A stretch of DNA of 24,000 nucleotides from Thermococcus sp. JdFR-02. GTDB lineage: Archaea; Methanobacteriota_B; Thermococci; Thermococcales; Thermococcaceae. The position numbers and the translations under genes are program-made. Below, one piece after another: positions 22,618 to 24,000 of the stretch; the stretch's first letter is position 1, and each line of letters begins with the position of its first letter. The notes below the pieces were generated by a model. It did no database searches, was not told the origin of the DNA, and saw nothing but the letters and a program-made list of their open reading frames with translations. The stretch is taken from the NCBI GenBank assembly GCA_002009975.1, contig MTLP01000042.1, positions 292,418 to 316,417 of the forward strand. The letters run 5' to 3'.

Positions 22618-23133
22618 ATGAGAATTGGAATATTAAGTGACACTCATTATCCAGACAAAACCTCTTACCTTCCTGATCTAATTTTTGATATTTTTGGGAG
22701 AAAAAAGGTTGAGCTTATTTTACACGCTGGTGATTTGACCGCTCCAAGTGTTAAAGAAACTCTTGAAGAAATTGCACCTGTTGTTGTAGTTAGAGGAAAC
22801 TTAGATTTACCAAGTTACCCAGAGGAGCAGGTGGTTGAAGTTGAGAAACTTAGAATTGGCATGATTCATGGACATCAGCTTTACCCTTTAGATACCCAAA
22901 CCCTAAAATATAAAGCGTTAGATATGGACGTTGATTTATTAATATTTGGACATACTCATAGGTTTTTCTTTGAGACTTATGAGTTTATGGAAAAAAGAGT
23001 GGCGATTTTAAATCCAGGTTCTCCAACTGTGCCGAGATTCAGTGATCCTACCTTTGTTGTCGGTGAAATTAAAGACAAAAAATTTGAGTTTGAGACCTTT
23101 AAACCTTGGGAGACACAATGGAAATATCCTTAA
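22618..23133 (+). CDS. YfcE/MJ0936-type metallophosphoesterase
   Basis: MRIGILSDTH (DxH), HAGD (GD), VRGNLD (GNxD), HGH, FGHTH (GHxH). The likely start is ATG 22618 with SD GGTGAT 3 nt upstream. The track start 22558 adds 20 Arg-rich residues that coincide with the sRNA candidate. Confidence 0.85.
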   Translation: MRIGILSDTHYPDKTSYLPDLIFDIFGRKKVELILHAGDLTAPSVKETLEEIAPVVVVRGNLDLPSYPEEQVVEVEKLRIGMIHGHQLYPLDTQTLKYKALDMDVDLLIFGHTHRFFFETYEFMEKRVAILNPGSPTVPRFSDPTFVVGEIKDKKFEFETFKPWETQWKYP

Positions 23134-23180
23134 AAAGCTTTAAAAATGAAAATACCAAAAATTAAGGAAGAGAATAGAAA

Positions 23181-23384
23181 TCAAGCCTTAATAGCGAGCT
23201 TAATATCCTCGGCTTTGACTGTCTTTCTTCCAGCGTGCTTTGCAAGCTCAACAGCCTTCTTAGCAATCTCAACAGCCTTCTCCTCGAGGTGCTCGGCTAA
23301 TACTTTTGCTGCCTCTTCGCTAACTCTTGCAGCACCTGCCTTTCTAATCAATCTATCAACTGGGGCAATTGGTAACTCAGCCAT
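23181..23384 (-). CDS. archaeal histone (HMf family)
   Basis: 67 aa. [67 protein letters not shown] is a canonical histone fold of Thermococcales histones A/B. Confidence 0.93.
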   Translation of the reverse strand: MAELPIAPVDRLIRKAGAARVSEEAAKVLAEHLEEKAVEIAKKAVELAKHAGRKTVKAEDIKLAIKA

Positions 23385-23446
23385 TTCCCCAACCTCCTAA
23401 AATTTTTTTTGTTAATATCTGCATTTTAATTTTTGAACAAAGGCAT

Positions 23447-23462
23447 ATATAAACTTTTCGGA
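23447..23462 (-). promoter_or_regulatory. BRE/TATA of the histone gene (minus strand CCGAAAAG TTTATATA)
   Basis: Near-consensus archaeal BRE plus TATA box, 63-78 nt upstream of ATG 23384. SD GGAGGT lies within the predicted leader. Confidence 0.6.
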
Positions 23463-23634
23463 AAATAACCCCACTCAGGCAAAGATTTGATGATCTCCCT
23501 TATATTTGTTGAGAGTTCTCGAAAAATAATGCTAACAGGATTAAGATAGACATTTTTAGGCATTTTCACCTATATTGCTACTGGTCAAGTTGATCTTCCT
23601 AATCAAAATAGTACTTTGTTGTGTGCTTGTTTTT

Positions 23635-23738
23635 TGTTACATTATGTTACAATCGTATAATGATACCAAAGAATTTCCCTTCCAGTAACACTATGCAAAT
23701 AAACAGTAACATGTCGATATTTGTCGAATGACGTAACG
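23635..23738. repeat. cluster of GTTAC/GTAAC hexamer-core motifs (2 forward TGTTACA, 2 reverse CAGTAACA, 1 CGTAACG)
   Basis: TGTTACA at 23635-23641 and 23645-23651, CAGTAACA at 23683-23690 and 23704-23711, CGTAACG at 23732-23738. The direct repeat TGTCGA is at 23712-23717 and 23722-23727. Confidence 0.6.
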
Positions 23739-23746
23739 TTTATATA
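23739..23746 (+). promoter_or_regulatory. consensus TATA box TTTATATA for the downstream membrane-protein genes
   Basis: Lies 55-62 nt upstream of ATG 23801. SD GGAGGTG is at 23785-23791. Confidence 0.5.
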
Positions 23747-23800
23747 CAAAAATCACGCAAATATACAAACGTCAAATGCTCCAAGGAGGTGCACAATACC

Positions 23801-23893
23801 ATGGCAGGGGCAAACTTTGTTTTGTTTGTACTTCCAACTTTGATAGTGTTAACATCAGTTTTGATATACTACTTTACAGGAAAGAAAAGATAG
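23801..23893 (+). CDS. 30-aa single-pass membrane peptide
   Basis: MAGANFVLFVLPTLIVLTSVLIYYFTGKKR is one hydrophobic helix with a basic C-terminus. A strong SD GGAGGTG lies 9 nt upstream, and the next gene begins 29 nt after the stop. Confidence 0.45.
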   Translation: MAGANFVLFVLPTLIVLTSVLIYYFTGKKR

Positions 23894-23922
23894 ATAAAAA
23901 CAATAAGTTGGGGGTAGAATAA

Positions 23923-24000
23923 ATGGGTGCGTATGAAATGTTAAAAAACCCTGTAGCTTTAGTTGCATTTTTGTTTACATTGTTGTTGCCAATTTTTGTT
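23923..24000 (+). CDS. integral membrane protein, N-terminal 26 codons only (possibly a transporter); continues beyond the right edge
   Basis: MGAYEMLKNPVALVAFLFTLLLPIFV.. with SD-like GGGGGTAG upstream. The fragment is too short to assign a family. Confidence 0.45.
   Translation, partial: MGAYEMLKNPVALVAFLFTLLLPIFV

Noticed and set aside
23146-23400. 84-aa plus-strand ORF covering the histone locus
   Set aside because: It is the antisense shadow of the 67-aa histone gene, whose sequence is canonical. The Ala/Ser-rich product is the complement of the histone's Ala/Lys/Glu codons.
23488-23494. UUGAUGA C-box-like heptamer in the histone upstream region
   Set aside because: No D' lies 12 nt downstream, no CUGA D box lies within 70 nt, and there is no terminal stem.
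1-24000. Window-wide scan by eye for CRISPR repeats, tRNA/rRNA genes, IS elements or transposases, integrases and long direct or inverted repeats
   Set aside because: None found. There are no regularly spaced 24-37 bp repeats, no T-arm GGTTCRAATCC-type motifs, no transposase- or integrase-like ORFs and no long terminal repeats. The only repeats are the short promoter-proximal ones reported above.

Overview
The window reads as a densely packed core-chromosome segment of a low-GC hyperthermophilic archaeon, almost certainly order Thermococcales. Support: reverse gyrase, archaeal histone, TFB, Gar1, TrmBL2, fused Hps-Phi, BRE/TATA promoters and GGAGGTGA-type Shine-Dalgarno sites. The order rgy, trmBL2, hps-phi matches what I recall for Thermococcus kodakarensis TK0470/TK0471/TK0475. 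I support about 30 protein genes: 27 from the ORF track, 8 of them with corrected starts, plus 5 ORFs the track missed because they are truncated or under 60 aa. I saw no rRNA, tRNA, CRISPR array, IS element or intein. Housekeeping content: prolidase (partial), L35Ae, Trm1, ValRS, reverse gyrase, TrmBL2, Hps-Phi, TIP49/RuvB-like ATPase, Gar1, TFB, a metallophosphoesterase and a histone. Items worth follow-up: (1) a stand-alone Csa3-like CARF domain protein translationally coupled to a multidomain PIN nuclease, with no cas genes nearby; (2) a 254-aa FtsZ/tubulin homolog that keeps the T7 NxDxxD loop and C-terminal domain but has lost the GTP-binding T2-T4 loops, sitting between Hps-Phi and a HAD phosphatase; (3) a GC-rich 61-nt candidate C/D box sRNA with a complete C-D'-C'-D layout and terminal stem, non-canonical but mutually compensating boxes, hidden under a spurious N-terminal ORF extension and overlapping the next gene's ribosome-binding site; (4) a GltD/SudA-like flavoprotein whose N-terminal Fe-S domain appears to be replaced by a separate ferredoxin gene; (5) a low-GC gene for a KaiC/RecA-like protein without a P-loop; (6) several repeat and operator-like motif arrays in the long intergenic regions. 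All homology statements come from reading translations against remembered family motifs and sequences. No search or computation was run, and GC values are hand counts on sampled lines.
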